Positions 18,545 through 25,743 of a stretch of DNA of 42,011 nucleotides are shown piece after piece (positions within the stretch are counted from its first letter, which is position 1; the number at the start of each line of letters is the position of its first letter). The stretch spans positions 459,920 to 501,930 of the forward strand of contig CAZKAF010000001.1 in assembly GCA_964550955.1 (NCBI GenBank), in the 5' to 3' direction. Source of the DNA: an uncultured Candidatus Saccharibacteria bacterium. GTDB taxonomy: Bacteria > Patescibacteriota > Minisyncoccia > Phycocordibacterales > CAIZLB01. The position numbers and the translations under genes were made by a program. The notes under the pieces are model-generated. The model ran no database searches, was not told where the DNA came from, and saw nothing but the letters and a program-made list of their open reading frames with translations.

Positions 18545-18907
18545 TTACTTACGTTCGTCCTCCGGCCAAGGCTTGGGGCCGAACATCTCGTCGATCTTCT
18601 TGATCTCCTCTTCTGTGAGCTCGCGCTTCGGAGGTCGCTCCGGTTCCGGATCTCCCCGGTACTTCGGCGGTTTTCCGTCCATGTGCTCCCAGATGAGCTT
18701 GATCATCCGATGATCGCCGTCCAATGCCATCTTTATGATTTTCTCAACCAACGCATCCGCAATAGTCTTGTCTTTTTCACTCGCAATCCTTTTGCTGAGT
18801 ATCTCTTGGAATTGGCTGGTTAAGCTCTTGCCCGGCGGCCTTCCGTTCAAGTTTCTTCTCGGGTCGAATCCACTCTGGAACGGCTTTAGATTATTGATGT
18901 TGCCCAT
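18545..18907 (-). CDS. small phage-like protein with KPFQSGxDPRRNxxGRP motif (paralogue 2)
   Basis: ORF 18545-18934. The likely start is ATG 18907: MGNINNLKPFQSGFDPRRNLNGRPPGKS... The motif is recalled from DUF5681-type phage/ICE proteins. Confidence 0.7.
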   Translation of the reverse strand: MGNINNLKPFQSGFDPRRNLNGRPPGKSLTSQFQEILSKRIASEKDKTIADALVEKIIKMALDGDHRMIKLIWEHMDGKPPKYRGDPEPERPPKRELTEEEIKKIDEMFGPKPWPEDERK

Positions 18908-19256
18908 GGTCGTTTCGCTTAAAATACTTCTCAAAATCCGCCTGTTCTTCGGGCGTGTATTCGACCTTTTCTTGCGGCATAAACGGGGTAGCTACCTCGA
19001 ACGTCTCCGGCACCTTGCCGTCCACTCGGTCGATGACCATGCTCATAGCTTTAAGGTTGCCCTTGGCCGCCATCCGGACAACTCTCTCCACGATCGCCTG
19101 GTCCACCCGGATCTTTCTCCCATTCACCTCTACTTCCTTACCCAGAACCTTCATGAAAAGGGTCCTCCAATTCTTCGATCCCTTCGGCCTACCCTTGGTA
19201 TTCCTTCGCGGATCGTACCCTGATTGAAAGGGCTTCAATGTTTTAATATTTCCCAT
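18891..19256 (-). CDS. small phage-like protein with KPFQSGxDPRRNxxGRP motif (paralogue 1)
   Basis: ORF 18891-19298. The likely start is ATG 19256: MGNIKTLKPFQSGYDPRRNTKGRPKGSKN... It has the same architecture as the downstream paralogue. Confidence 0.7.
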   Translation of the reverse strand: MGNIKTLKPFQSGYDPRRNTKGRPKGSKNWRTLFMKVLGKEVEVNGRKIRVDQAIVERVVRMAAKGNLKAMSMVIDRVDGKVPETFEVATPFMPQEKVEYTPEEQADFEKYFKRNDHGQHQ

Positions 19257-19404
19257 ATCCGGTATTTTACCGGCTTTTTTGTTTGTAAAGGGGTGCATTA
19301 CTTTCTCGCAGTTATTTTCACAGATAAAAGGGTGAAAACGGTGCTATTTGATCCTTTGGGATTCCCGTAATTTCACAGTATTTACGGGTATTTTTGCAAA
19401 AACA

Positions 19405-19427
19405 CGAACCCGACCTAGACGGGTCAG
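19405..19427. repeat. imperfect-palindrome repeat, copy 2
   Basis: CGAACCCGACCTAGACGGGTCAG. The 16-bp core is identical to 12834-12849. Relative to copy 1 it has a 3-bp deletion in the left arm. Confidence 0.6.
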
Positions 19428-19615
19428 TTGGCGAGGAGGCTATGTGATAGAATATGGCTTAACAGCTTGGTCAGTTCCGTACCTGACCACGACACGCAGC
19501 TCGAGAAAATTAAGGCGCCCGAAGCCAAAGCTGAGGGTGTTTTAATTTTGTCGCCGAGGTGTACGATATCGGGGACGAGAAAGGCGGAAGAAAAGTGCCG
19601 GGGCGCACTTTTCTG
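19428..19615 (+). ncRNA. candidate structured RNA / conserved non-coding element (copy A)
   Basis: A GC-richer non-coding stretch inside the AT-rich island. Hairpins: 19468-19489 (TGGTCAG/CTGACCA), 19554-19572 (CCGA/TCGG around GGTGTACGATA) and 19590-19613 (GAAAAGTGC/GCACTTTTC). Blocks CCCGAAGCC, TGTTTTAATTT, GAGGTGTAC and GGGACGAGAA are shared, with the same order and similar spacing, with 25606-25674. Strand and ends are not established. Confidence 0.35.
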
Positions 19616-19699
19616 AGCCGGGGTCGCGAGCCCAAAAATCAAGGAGCGAAGACTGGGTAGGAGGTGCCTGAGCGACTTTAATTTTTGAGGACTTGTGAC

Positions 19700-19719
19700 C
19701 GAGTCCCTGACTGGCAGCA
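19700..19719. repeat. attR-type direct repeat (copy of tRNA-Gln 3' end)
   Basis: Identical 20-mer to 12793-12812. The upstream sequence does not complete a T-arm, so this is a partial tRNA duplication and not a gene. Confidence 0.8.
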
Positions 19720-19745
19720 AATAGATTTCGTGTAATAATTAAAAG

Positions 19746-20399
19746 ATGAATACGCTATATCTCATCGGAGGTTCTCCACGATCGGGCAAGACCATCATCT
19801 TTAATAAATTGCTGGTTCAAAGGCCGATGATTGCCATTTCATCTGACGCATTAAGGGAAGGAGGAAGATATGCGCTGACAAGCGAGCGCTTTATAAATAT
19901 CCATAAGCTGAACTTCAAAAGTGACGCGGTCTTTCACAGGGCAGGAGAAGACAAGGGAATTTCTCATACAAAATCTTTTTCAGAAGAAATCAGCCAGGAT
20001 GAGCTCACATGGAAAATAATCAGAGGAATAATTTCTTTTTACGATAAAAAGGACACCTCTTTGATGATCGAAGGCATGGTCATTACCCCTGAACGAGTCA
20101 AGGAATTAAAACTGGAAAAGCTTAATCTAAAAGCCGTCTTCGTAGGATTTACTGAAGAATCGTATTGGGAAAGCATGATTGAGTACTCTAATGCTAAAAA
20201 AGACTGGATTTACAAAAAGATCAATCTTGAAGATAAGGGAGATGATTCAGCGGTTAAAAAGTGGTTTGATGAAGAGAGGCAGAAGAATATAATTACTGCC
20301 GAAAATGCTAAAAGTAACGGTTACAACTTCTTTTCTCCGACGAGCGAATCGTTTGATGAGTATACAGAGAATGTCATTAAGCACTTATTGGGCAATTAA
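19746..20399 (+). CDS. P-loop NTPase / small-molecule-kinase-like protein
   Basis: MNTLYLIGGSPRSGKTIIFNKL (Walker A). LMIEGMVITPE is Walker B-like. AT-rich. No finer family recognised. Confidence 0.8.
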   Translation: MNTLYLIGGSPRSGKTIIFNKLLVQRPMIAISSDALREGGRYALTSERFINIHKLNFKSDAVFHRAGEDKGISHTKSFSEEISQDELTWKIIRGIISFYDKKDTSLMIEGMVITPERVKELKLEKLNLKAVFVGFTEESYWESMIEYSNAKKDWIYKKINLEDKGDDSAVKKWFDEERQKNIITAENAKSNGYNFFSPTSESFDEYTENVIKHLLGN

Positions 20400-20534
20400 G
20401 TGGCTGGGCTTCAACTTCGTCCCTGACAACCAGCCAGGAAAAGAACAGGCGTGCCTGCTGAGAGCAAATAGCCAGACAGAAAATTACTTAAGCCCAATGA
20501 GCGGCTTTCTGTTCTTATGTTGGCGCTATAAACG

Positions 20535-21233
20535 TTAGTTTGCAATACGGACTGTTGGCAACTTGTCGCTGCTGTGGGTGGCAATGAATCTGAGTAACCC
20601 ATAGATGGTAATGATAAAAGCGGTGTTTTCCAGCCCTTCTTCCAGCACATTAAGGAAAGGATAGGTGAGGTTTTCGTAGAAACCACTAGCCTCCCAGTAT
20701 ATTCCAGAAATCATTTCCACGCAGATCGCGCCAAAGAGCGCGAGCGCGGCACTGGCAAAAGTGATCTTTGCCCTGTAAGGAAGATGCATGAAGAATCGCA
20801 ATAAACTGGCGCAAATGACCATGAGAATAATGATGCCAGGAATCACCCAGGCGAAGAAGAACGCTCCTTCGGTGATGCCGAACATGTCTTGAAATGGTTC
20901 GGTGGCGAGCTCATGCAACGATGAACCTTCATCAATACCGGCGAAGAGAAACAACCCAGCCAAGAACCACCAGGTTTTTACAAACCCCGCCTTCGCTTGT
21001 TTGGCAACAAGGGCAGTATATCCAAAGAGCAAAGAGGCAACAAAAAGAAGTGATTGTGCAAACCACGTCGGGATACTGATCTCACTATCCATATTAAATC
21101 GACTTGCTATCTGGTACATGAGCGGCGAAAGGTCGGTGTTGATGATGAAAAACTGCGACACGAGATGCAGGATAATCAAAAGGAGGTTGGCAGCAATGAG
21201 TATCAAAAATAGTTTACGGGCGGAAATTATCAT
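20535..21233 (-). CDS. polytopic membrane protein, unknown function
   Basis: About 6-7 hydrophobic helices across 232 aa (LFLILIAANLLLIILHLVSQFFII, TWFAQSLLFVASLLFGY, WWFLAGLFLFAGI, FFFAWVIPGIIILMVICA, and others). Confidence 0.75.
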   Translation of the reverse strand: MIISARKLFLILIAANLLLIILHLVSQFFIINTDLSPLMYQIASRFNMDSEISIPTWFAQSLLFVASLLFGYTALVAKQAKAGFVKTWWFLAGLFLFAGIDEGSSLHELATEPFQDMFGITEGAFFFAWVIPGIIILMVICASLLRFFMHLPYRAKITFASAALALFGAICVEMISGIYWEASGFYENLTYPFLNVLEEGLENTAFIITIYGLLRFIATHSSDKLPTVRIAN

Positions 21234-21283
21234 AAAAGGCAGTATACCAAAAAACGTCCGTCAGCAAAGACCATGCTTTGTCC

Positions 21284-21304
21284 TGGGTATCCAGGTTCGA
21301 GTCC
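21284..21304. other. degenerate tRNA 3'-end-like remnant
   Basis: GGTTCGAGTCCCATATCGGCA versus tRNA-Gln GGTTCGAGTCCCTGACTGGCA (12789-12809). By my count 16 of 21 positions match, including a 12-nt exact run. There is no matching 5' acceptor strand upstream. It sits where AT-rich sequence returns to GC-rich. Confidence 0.4.
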
Positions 21305-21360
21305 CATATCGGCATTTTTAGGCGCATTTGATATTACATCACAAGAAAGCGCAGAAGTGA

Positions 21361-21402
21361 AAATAAAAAGAAGACCCCTCGCGTATCGCTACGCGAGGGG
21401 TC
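21361..21402 (-). terminator. rho-independent terminator of purL
   Basis: 13-bp perfect stem GACCCCTCGCGTA/TACGCGAGGGGTC (21373-21402, loop TCGC). On the minus strand it is followed by TTCTTTTTATTT. Confidence 0.8.
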
Positions 21403-21425
21403 GGAGTCGGCTTTGAGGCATCTCC

Positions 21426-24400
21426 TTAAGCCCGGTGTTCCATGCACCAATTTCTGGCGTTCTGAAACATTCGGAGCCACGGGGAAGCCTCGAGGCTCTC
21501 CCATGAGTTTGGCTTCCAAGGCCATTGCCACAAACGGAAGCAACGCTCTGGATGAGGCATCATCGCAAGATGGCGTCCGTCCGGAGAGCACAGAGCCGTA
21601 ATCCCGAGCGGCGAGCCATTCGGATTGTACGGATACGCTTCCGTTCGGTCGCCGTACGGATTGATGAATGCGAGAGGCGCGAGCTTGCGCTCCGAAACCT
21701 CCCTCGCGACCGACTGATCAGGGTAGACCAGCAAGCCTTCACCGTGAGCGACCCATACGCCGAGCCTCGTTCCTTCCATGCCGGCAAGAAGCACCGACGG
21801 GCTGGGCAGAACTTCCACCTGCACCCATCGGGATTCGAACCGGCGCGAAGCGTTGTGAACGAATCTCGGCTGCTTTTCTCCGGCAATTCCCTTCCACGGA
21901 ACCCATCCGAGAAGCGCCATCAGCTGACAGCCGTTGCACACGCCGAGCGAGAACGTATCCTCGCGGGCGTAGAAGCGGTCGAACATCTCTCTCAACTTCT
22001 CATTGAAAAGAATCGTTCCTGCCCAGCCTTTGGCACTATCGAACACGTCCATGTAGGAGAAGCCGCCGGCAAAGATGATGCCCTGGAACTGATCCAGACC
22101 GATTCTGCCTTCAAGAAGGTCACTCATCGTGACATCCCATGGAGCAAAACCGGCAGCCGCGCAGGCAGCCTGCATTTCCCTGTCCCCATTCGTGCCCTCC
22201 TCGCGCAATATTGCAACGCGAGGCTTGTCGTCCGCTTCCAGGACTTCCGGAAGCGTTGCGACTGGAGTGAACGAAAGCTGATACGACGGAGCCGTACCGA
22301 TGCTTGGAAGCTGATCCTCGTGACCAGAATATTCTTCTTCGGCACACGCAGAGTTCATCTGCAGCCCTTCGATCTTGGCGCTTGTCGCCTCCCACCACAT
22401 GCGCAAATTGACAATGTCCGTATTAAGGACGAGGTCATCCGCAACGCACTTCTTATCGTACACCAGGCATTCTCCATCAGCCTTGGTCTGACCGATTGCC
22501 GCGCATGGTATTCCGTAATCCATGCAAAGCGATTCGACTGCGGGCATCAGCTCGCGATCGACTTCAAGGACAAATCCCAGCTCTTCGCCGAACAGTTCCG
22601 GAAGCGGGTTCGCCGCGTCTTCAACTGTCATGCAGAATCCGCACCGGCTCGCCATGCACATCTCGGCAACTGCGGTTATGAGGCCGCCATCGCTTCGATC
22701 GTGCAAAGACAGAATCAGCCCTTCGTCAATCATCCGCTGCACCGCAAGAAACGCGTTCCTGAGGAGCTTAGGATTTTCAACGTCAGGCGACTCATCGCCG
22801 AGCTGGCCGAACGCTTGAGCCAGAGCTGAACCGCCGAGGCGGTTTTTGCCCTGTCCAAGCCCAATGAGTGCCAAGACGCTCTCCCCCGGACGCTTGATGT
22901 CCGGCGTGACCTTCTTCGTGATGTCGGGCACGGGTGCGTATCCGAGCATCACCAAGCTTCCGGGAGCCTTTACCAGCTCTCCCGAAATCGTCGCTGCCAT
23001 TGAGAGGCTATCCTTTCCGCCATCGACCGCGATGCCGAGCCCGACCATCAGGTCAGACATGGCAACCGCAGCGTCATAGAGGAGGACTCCTTCGTGAGGC
23101 AGCTTCGCTGGCCACATCCAGTTAGCACGGCACCGAATTTCTCCGATACCGCTGATGCGTGCCGAGGCCATGTTGGTAAACATTTCTGCCACCGCCATTC
23201 GAGCTCCGGCTTTCGCGTCGATAAGCATCTTGATCGGCTGTTCACCGACCGCCGTAGCACTTCCTGTAAGAGCGAAGTGACTTTGCGCGTTGACACTAAC
23301 GTTTGCAATCGGAATCTGAGCGATCCCGCAGCATTGCTGCTGCGCTACGAGCCCAGTGACGCTTCGGTCCACCTTGTGAACGAGGAACCCTTTCGAGCCC
23401 ACGCCAGGAAGTTTGAACACTGCCTGGATTGCTTCGCCGACAGTGACATCGGGCAGGTCCAGAGGCTTGAGGCCTTCGGTCCGCCGTTTTGACTCGAACG
23501 TCTTCTGAGGCATGTTCGTGAGAATCTGCTCCAGGTTCAGTTCGACGGGCGTTGTCCCGTTTTGAGAGTCTTCGACGACAACGTTTCCGCTGCCATCAAT
23601 TTCTCCGAGGACTTCGCAGTTGACGCGCTCGCGTTTGCAGACCGACTTGAAAAGCTCGATCTGTTCCGGCCTGATCAGGAGTCCGTATCCTTCTTGGAAT
23701 TCGGCGCTCCAGATTTTGAGGACGGACATCGTCTTGTCGCCAAGAACGATACCGCGAATGCTGATCTTGCCGCCAAGTGGCTCAAGCAACTCCGTGAGGA
23801 CATTGCTCGGACCGCCGGCACCTTGATCGTGAATGCTCGAGATAGGATTGCTGTCTCCCATTTCGACGCAGGCTCGAATGACCCGGTTCGCGCGATTCTC
23901 CATCTCCGCGTTGCCGCGTTGAACGGAGTTGAAATCGAGCGACTCGGTGTTCTGGCCTTGCATCATGCTTGAGGCTGAGCCTCCGCCGACCCCGATGGGA
24001 TAGGCAGGACCGCCGATGCGCACGATGAGCATTCCAACTTCAGGTGACTCTTTGGCGATGTGCCCGTCAAACAAATGACCGACACCACCGCTGTAGAGAA
24101 TCGGCTTGCGGGGCTCGCGCCACTCGCTTCCGATCACCTGACCGAATGTTCGGGTAAAGCCCAATGTGAGGGGTTCGCCGAACTGATTGCCGTAACTTGA
24201 TACGCCGTTGCTGCCCTCGATGAGAATCGAAAGCGGCGAAGCGTACTTCGACGGCTTGTCTCTGCCGACAACCTCGCCCGGGATTTGATACCCAGGAATG
24301 AAAAGGTTTCCGACAAAGTAACCGGCGACACCGATGCCGACAATGCCTCCACGTCCGACTGCCGTGTTGTCGCGTATCCGTCCACCTGCGCCTGTCTGGG

Positions 24401-25265
24401 CACCGGGGAAGGGCGCAACGAATGTCGGATGGTTATGCGTCTCTGCGGTGCAGGTGATGTGAACCACCTTTTCCAAGATACGCATTTCCGAAGGTTTGCC
24501 CGGAGTGACTGGCAGGATCAGGCGCGTGCCGAATCCCTTGATTACGCCGGCGTTGTCCCTGAAGGCAACGAGGCTGCAGTTTTCACTGCCGAGATTTTTC
24601 AGCGGTCGCTGAACGATCTCAAACAGAGTTTCCTGCATTGGCGTTCCGTCGATGACGATCTGGCCTTTGAAGTACCAGTGCCGGCTGTGCTCGCTGTTCG
24701 CGTTGCCCAGCTGGAACAATTCGACATCGGTCGGATTCCTCCGAAGGACTTCCGCAAAGAGATGCTGATAGTACTCGAGGTCCCGGGCATCCATGCCAAG
24801 GCCAAGTGCGCTGTTCATCTCTTCGAGCGCTTCTTTTCCGCGACCCATGAGGTCGATCACTCGGACATCTTCCGGCAAGGTGCCGGTGTCAAAGCTTTCG
24901 ATTCCGTTCGGGTAATGCTGCTCGGTCATCCGATCAAGATGATCCTTGAGGATGTCGGCCGATTGGCCGTTTCCGGCAGCATAGCGGCGAGTGCGTTCGA
25001 TGCGCGTGATCTGCCGAAGCCCCATGGCCTGGCAAATCGATACGGCGTTCGACGAGAACGGAGTCTCGATCGAAAGCCGGGGTCCGATTTCCACAGCTTC
25101 TGAGGCCGCAATGTAAGGCTCGATTCCGGTGTTGCCGGGATCGAACGTTTCCGCGACGAGCCATTGGAGCTGCTTGAGTTCCGACTCGGACAGCGGGCCC
25201 GTGGTTTCAACGTAGAAACCAAGGTCCGGGCCACTGTTAATCTGACGATGCATTGAATAGATCAT
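21426..25265 (-). CDS. purL: phosphoribosylformylglycinamidine synthase, single-chain large form
   Basis: 1279 aa with an N-terminal PurS-like domain, AIR-synthase-related repeats (AETHNHPT...) and a C-terminal glutaminase (GVCNGCQ...HGEG...PHPER). Confidence 0.97.
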   Translation of the reverse strand: MIYSMHRQINSGPDLGFYVETTGPLSESELKQLQWLVAETFDPGNTGIEPYIAASEAVEIGPRLSIETPFSSNAVSICQAMGLRQITRIERTRRYAAGNGQSADILKDHLDRMTEQHYPNGIESFDTGTLPEDVRVIDLMGRGKEALEEMNSALGLGMDARDLEYYQHLFAEVLRRNPTDVELFQLGNANSEHSRHWYFKGQIVIDGTPMQETLFEIVQRPLKNLGSENCSLVAFRDNAGVIKGFGTRLILPVTPGKPSEMRILEKVVHITCTAETHNHPTFVAPFPGAQTGAGGRIRDNTAVGRGGIVGIGVAGYFVGNLFIPGYQIPGEVVGRDKPSKYASPLSILIEGSNGVSSYGNQFGEPLTLGFTRTFGQVIGSEWREPRKPILYSGGVGHLFDGHIAKESPEVGMLIVRIGGPAYPIGVGGGSASSMMQGQNTESLDFNSVQRGNAEMENRANRVIRACVEMGDSNPISSIHDQGAGGPSNVLTELLEPLGGKISIRGIVLGDKTMSVLKIWSAEFQEGYGLLIRPEQIELFKSVCKRERVNCEVLGEIDGSGNVVVEDSQNGTTPVELNLEQILTNMPQKTFESKRRTEGLKPLDLPDVTVGEAIQAVFKLPGVGSKGFLVHKVDRSVTGLVAQQQCCGIAQIPIANVSVNAQSHFALTGSATAVGEQPIKMLIDAKAGARMAVAEMFTNMASARISGIGEIRCRANWMWPAKLPHEGVLLYDAAVAMSDLMVGLGIAVDGGKDSLSMAATISGELVKAPGSLVMLGYAPVPDITKKVTPDIKRPGESVLALIGLGQGKNRLGGSALAQAFGQLGDESPDVENPKLLRNAFLAVQRMIDEGLILSLHDRSDGGLITAVAEMCMASRCGFCMTVEDAANPLPELFGEELGFVLEVDRELMPAVESLCMDYGIPCAAIGQTKADGECLVYDKKCVADDLVLNTDIVNLRMWWEATSAKIEGLQMNSACAEEEYSGHEDQLPSIGTAPSYQLSFTPVATLPEVLEADDKPRVAILREEGTNGDREMQAACAAAGFAPWDVTMSDLLEGRIGLDQFQGIIFAGGFSYMDVFDSAKGWAGTILFNEKLREMFDRFYAREDTFSLGVCNGCQLMALLGWVPWKGIAGEKQPRFVHNASRRFESRWVQVEVLPSPSVLLAGMEGTRLGVWVAHGEGLLVYPDQSVAREVSERKLAPLAFINPYGDRTEAYPYNPNGSPLGITALCSPDGRHLAMMPHPERCFRLWQWPWKPNSWESLEASPWLRMFQNARNWCMEHRA

Positions 25266-25305
25266 GGCTTCTTCTTTTGTTGCTGAACGTTTGTGATGAC
25301 AAAAA

Positions 25306-25330
25306 ACGGTGCACCTCGAAGAGGTGACGT
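25306..25330 (-). promoter_or_regulatory. terminator-like hairpin in the purL leader
   Basis: Minus-strand RNA ACGUCACCUCUUCGAGGUGCACCGU followed by UUUUU. It lies between the predicted -10 box and the purL ATG (25265). Confidence 0.3.
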
Positions 25331-25338
25331 CTGATCGT

Positions 25339-25367
25339 GATACTAATGAAAAAATGCCTTATTTGCA
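25339..25367 (-). promoter_or_regulatory. sigma70-like promoter for purL
   Basis: On the minus strand: TTGCAA (25362-25367), a 17-nt spacer, then TAGTAT (25339-25344). Confidence 0.45.
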
Positions 25368-25392
25368 AGAAAATGACTTTTATTGCCTTTTG

Positions 25393-25545
25393 TCAAATTA
25401 TCCAAAAAAACCAGACCCGGACTCCGGGCATCTCGCAACAAAAAAAATTATGACGGCCTGCAAATAATGAATTCAGCGGCTTGCTCGTAGTCGTCTTGCC
25501 GGAACCCACGGGTCCGTCCATCAGGACAAGGAAAGGCGTTGTCAT
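25393..25545 (-). pseudogene. truncated P-loop NTPase remnant
   Basis: Own translation: MTTPFLVLMDGPVGSGKTTTSKPLNSLFAGRH. This is followed by 18 unrelated residues and a stop just after a homopolymer run. A CCCGG/CCGGG hairpin plus T7 (25404-25428, minus strand) follows. The ORF is far too short for a functional kinase fold. Confidence 0.5.
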
Positions 25546-25562
25546 GATTTATAATTATAGCA

Positions 25563-25716
25563 GACGCGGCGGCTTCTCATTCGAAAGGGCGGGTTTCGGA
25601 GGAGGCCCGAAGCCGGAGACGAAGATGTTTTAATTTGCCTCAGAGGTGTACAATATGAGGATAAGGGACGAGAAGCGGCGAATGCCTGTCCCGCCCGCGA
25701 AGCGGCAGGAACATTC
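25563..25716 (+). ncRNA. candidate structured RNA / conserved non-coding element (copy B)
   Basis: Shares ordered blocks with 19514-19590. Hairpin CCTCA/TGAGG (25638-25660) encloses the conserved loop GAGGTGTACAATA. A long hairpin at 25680-25716 occupies the position of the copy A hairpin 19590-19613. Confidence 0.35.
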
Positions 25717-25743
25717 TGATTATTAGAAAAAAAATACTGATTC

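Larger units (their letters stand above)
12793..19719. mobile_element. integrated genomic island at tRNA-Gln carrying a large serine recombinase and an ATPase/protease module
   Basis: A 20-bp direct repeat of the tRNA 3' end bounds both ends. There is an abrupt drop to AT-rich composition immediately after the tRNA. A recombinase gene lies inside, with phage-like small genes at the distal end. Confidence 0.7.

Noticed and set aside
19428-19720. Possible tmRNA (ssrA), because the segment ends in a tRNA-like 3' end and contains a short ORF ending in TAA
   Set aside because: The tRNA-like end is an exact copy of the tRNA-Gln 3' 20-mer, and the preceding bases do not form a T-arm. There is no GGGG...TTCGAC 5' domain and no tRNA-Ala-like acceptor. 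The mini-ORF ends ...LRVF rather than in a typical ...(L/V)AA tag.
21241-21304. Possible complete second tRNA gene at the distal island border
   Set aside because: Only a T-loop/3'-acceptor-like 21-mer is present. The T-stem does not pair (CCAGG versus CCCAT), and no complementary 5' acceptor strand exists upstream.
12813-21320. Tyrosine integrase expected from the tRNA 3'-end duplication
   Set aside because: None of the ORFs in the accessory region shows R..HxxR..Y integrase features. The only recombinase is the serine type at 13704-15029.
21525-25103. Long + strand ORFs (21525-22829 of 434 aa, 24285-25103 of 272 aa, and others)
   Set aside because: These are antisense shadows within purL, a GC-rich gene. 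They are Arg/Ala-rich nonsense with no motifs.
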